Shown here: positions 63,041-64,000 of the stretch, piece after piece | How the letters are laid out: the number at the start of each line of letters is the position of its first letter | Numbering within the stretch: the stretch's first letter is position 1 | Origin: Anaerohalosphaeraceae bacterium | GTDB taxonomy: Bacteria > Planctomycetota > Phycisphaerae > Sedimentisphaerales > Anaerohalosphaeraceae | Assembly: GCA_963675525.2 (NCBI GenBank) | Contig: CAXXSL010000013.1 | Span: 678,630 to 742,629 of the forward strand | Direction of reading: 5' to 3' | DNA length: 64,000 nucleotides | The notes under the pieces: generated by a model | Databases searched by the model: none | The model's input: only the letters and a program-made list of their open reading frames with translations | Told to the model about the DNA's origin: nothing | Translations under genes and position numbers: made by a program

Positions 63041-63171
63041 TCTGTTCGTTTTTCTAATGATGCCCGGAAAGCAACCGTTAATGAAGTGCACTCAATATCA
63101 CATCGCGGGGTACATTGACTGCCCGTTTGCCGGAACAAAACCAAAAGAGGTTTTGCGAAAGGATAGGTACA

Positions 63172-64000
63172 ATGAAATTTCAAAAAACAGTTAGATATTA
63201 TTGCAGGGGTCTTCTGAAGCGATGGGGATTTCTGCCGGCCGGGATGGTCCTGGTCGTCATAGAGCTAACGTTGCTGATAAACGGTTGCGGCGAAACCCAA
63301 CATACCTATTACAAGTCCGGCAAAAAAATACAGACCACCGCATCTTCCGTTGAAATCCGCAGTCAATTAAGCGAGTTTGGAGGACTTTTTACAAGCCGAA
63401 CCAAATCGGCGGCTTACCAAATCGACCAGATCGTTAAGGACCCGAAAATCCAGAAAATGACGATTTTGTGGCGGACGCGTGCAACCGCGGCAATTAACAA
63501 CATTCTCGAACAATCTGAGCCAATGCCATCCCTTATCGACAGCTGGTGTTTGTGTGTACGATTGCGAAGGTATTTTGAAGAAGGCTTAGGGAGTAACTTT
63601 TTTGGAGACGCCCAGCAAATCGCTGTCGATGCAAGCTTCGAACTTGAAAATAATATCAAAGACCTCGCCCGGGCTGTGCTGAACGAAGACCTGTTTCAGG
63701 AAACACAAAACAATGTACATAATTTCGCTTTGGCCAATCCCATCCAAACAGGATTCGCCAGGACTATGATATACGCAACAGAAACCCGAACCGATCAACC
63801 GAATCCTTTTGTTTCGGCGCTGAATATCCCGTTATCGCCCTTCAAAGCCCTGCGGGGCGTTGACCAGACACCTGCGGCGATCTATGATTTCTCAAGTGCC
63901 ACACGTCAACTCACCAATGTGGTCGAAGAATTGCCCGAATCGACACGTTGGCAATTGTTGATGCTGCTCTATGACATGGAAGAAACAAATGTGTCCCAGT
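63172..64000 (+). CDS. Hypothetical lipoprotein, runs off the window edge
   Basis: Not in the ORF track. Open from ATG 63172 (MKFQKTVRYY...LLINGCGETQ...LWRTRA...LIDSWCLCVRL..YFEEG.G...FG..Q.IA). Confidence 0.75.
   Translation, partial: MKFQKTVRYYCRGLLKRWGFLPAGMVLVVIELTLLINGCGETQHTYYKSGKKIQTTASSVEIRSQLSEFGGLFTSRTKSAAYQIDQIVKDPKIQKMTILWRTRATAAINNILEQSEPMPSLIDSWCLCVRLRRYFEEGLGSNFFGDAQQIAVDASFELENNIKDLARAVLNEDLFQETQNNVHNFALANPIQTGFARTMIYATETRTDQPNPFVSALNIPLSPFKALRGVDQTPAAIYDFSSATRQLTNVVEELPESTRWQLLMLLYDMEETNVSQ

Overview
A chromosomal window rich in accessory genes. The PEP-CTERM proteins and the many secreted proteins with dockerin/EF-hand-like tags suggest a Planctomycetota (Phycisphaerae/Sedimentisphaerales-like) bacterium; this taxonomy is an inference. 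Bases 1-27 kb hold secreted and surface proteins (fibre-like, serine hydrolase, RCC1, FG-GAP/beta-helix, PEP-CTERM). They are punctuated by one intact and three broken copies of a phage-type replication-initiator gene, plus a helicase-loader-inhibitor-like gene. At the left edge, a radical SAM gene missed by the ORF track is coupled to lipoproteins carrying a repeated GAMCY/zinc-ribbon domain. The rest includes a DEAD-box helicase, diadenylate cyclase, RsmH-like methylase, an orphan Hcp with a signal peptide, a DUF285 repeat protein, GH127, and an ECF sigma operon with four DUF4139-like paralogs, three of which differ in a hypervariable segment. It ends with a probable 6S RNA and a putative sigma54 pseudo-receiver gene followed by a CCUCCUCCUCC hairpin array. 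No rRNA, tRNA, CRISPR array, integrase, transposase or reverse transcriptase was recognised. All family calls come from motif recognition by eye, not database searches.
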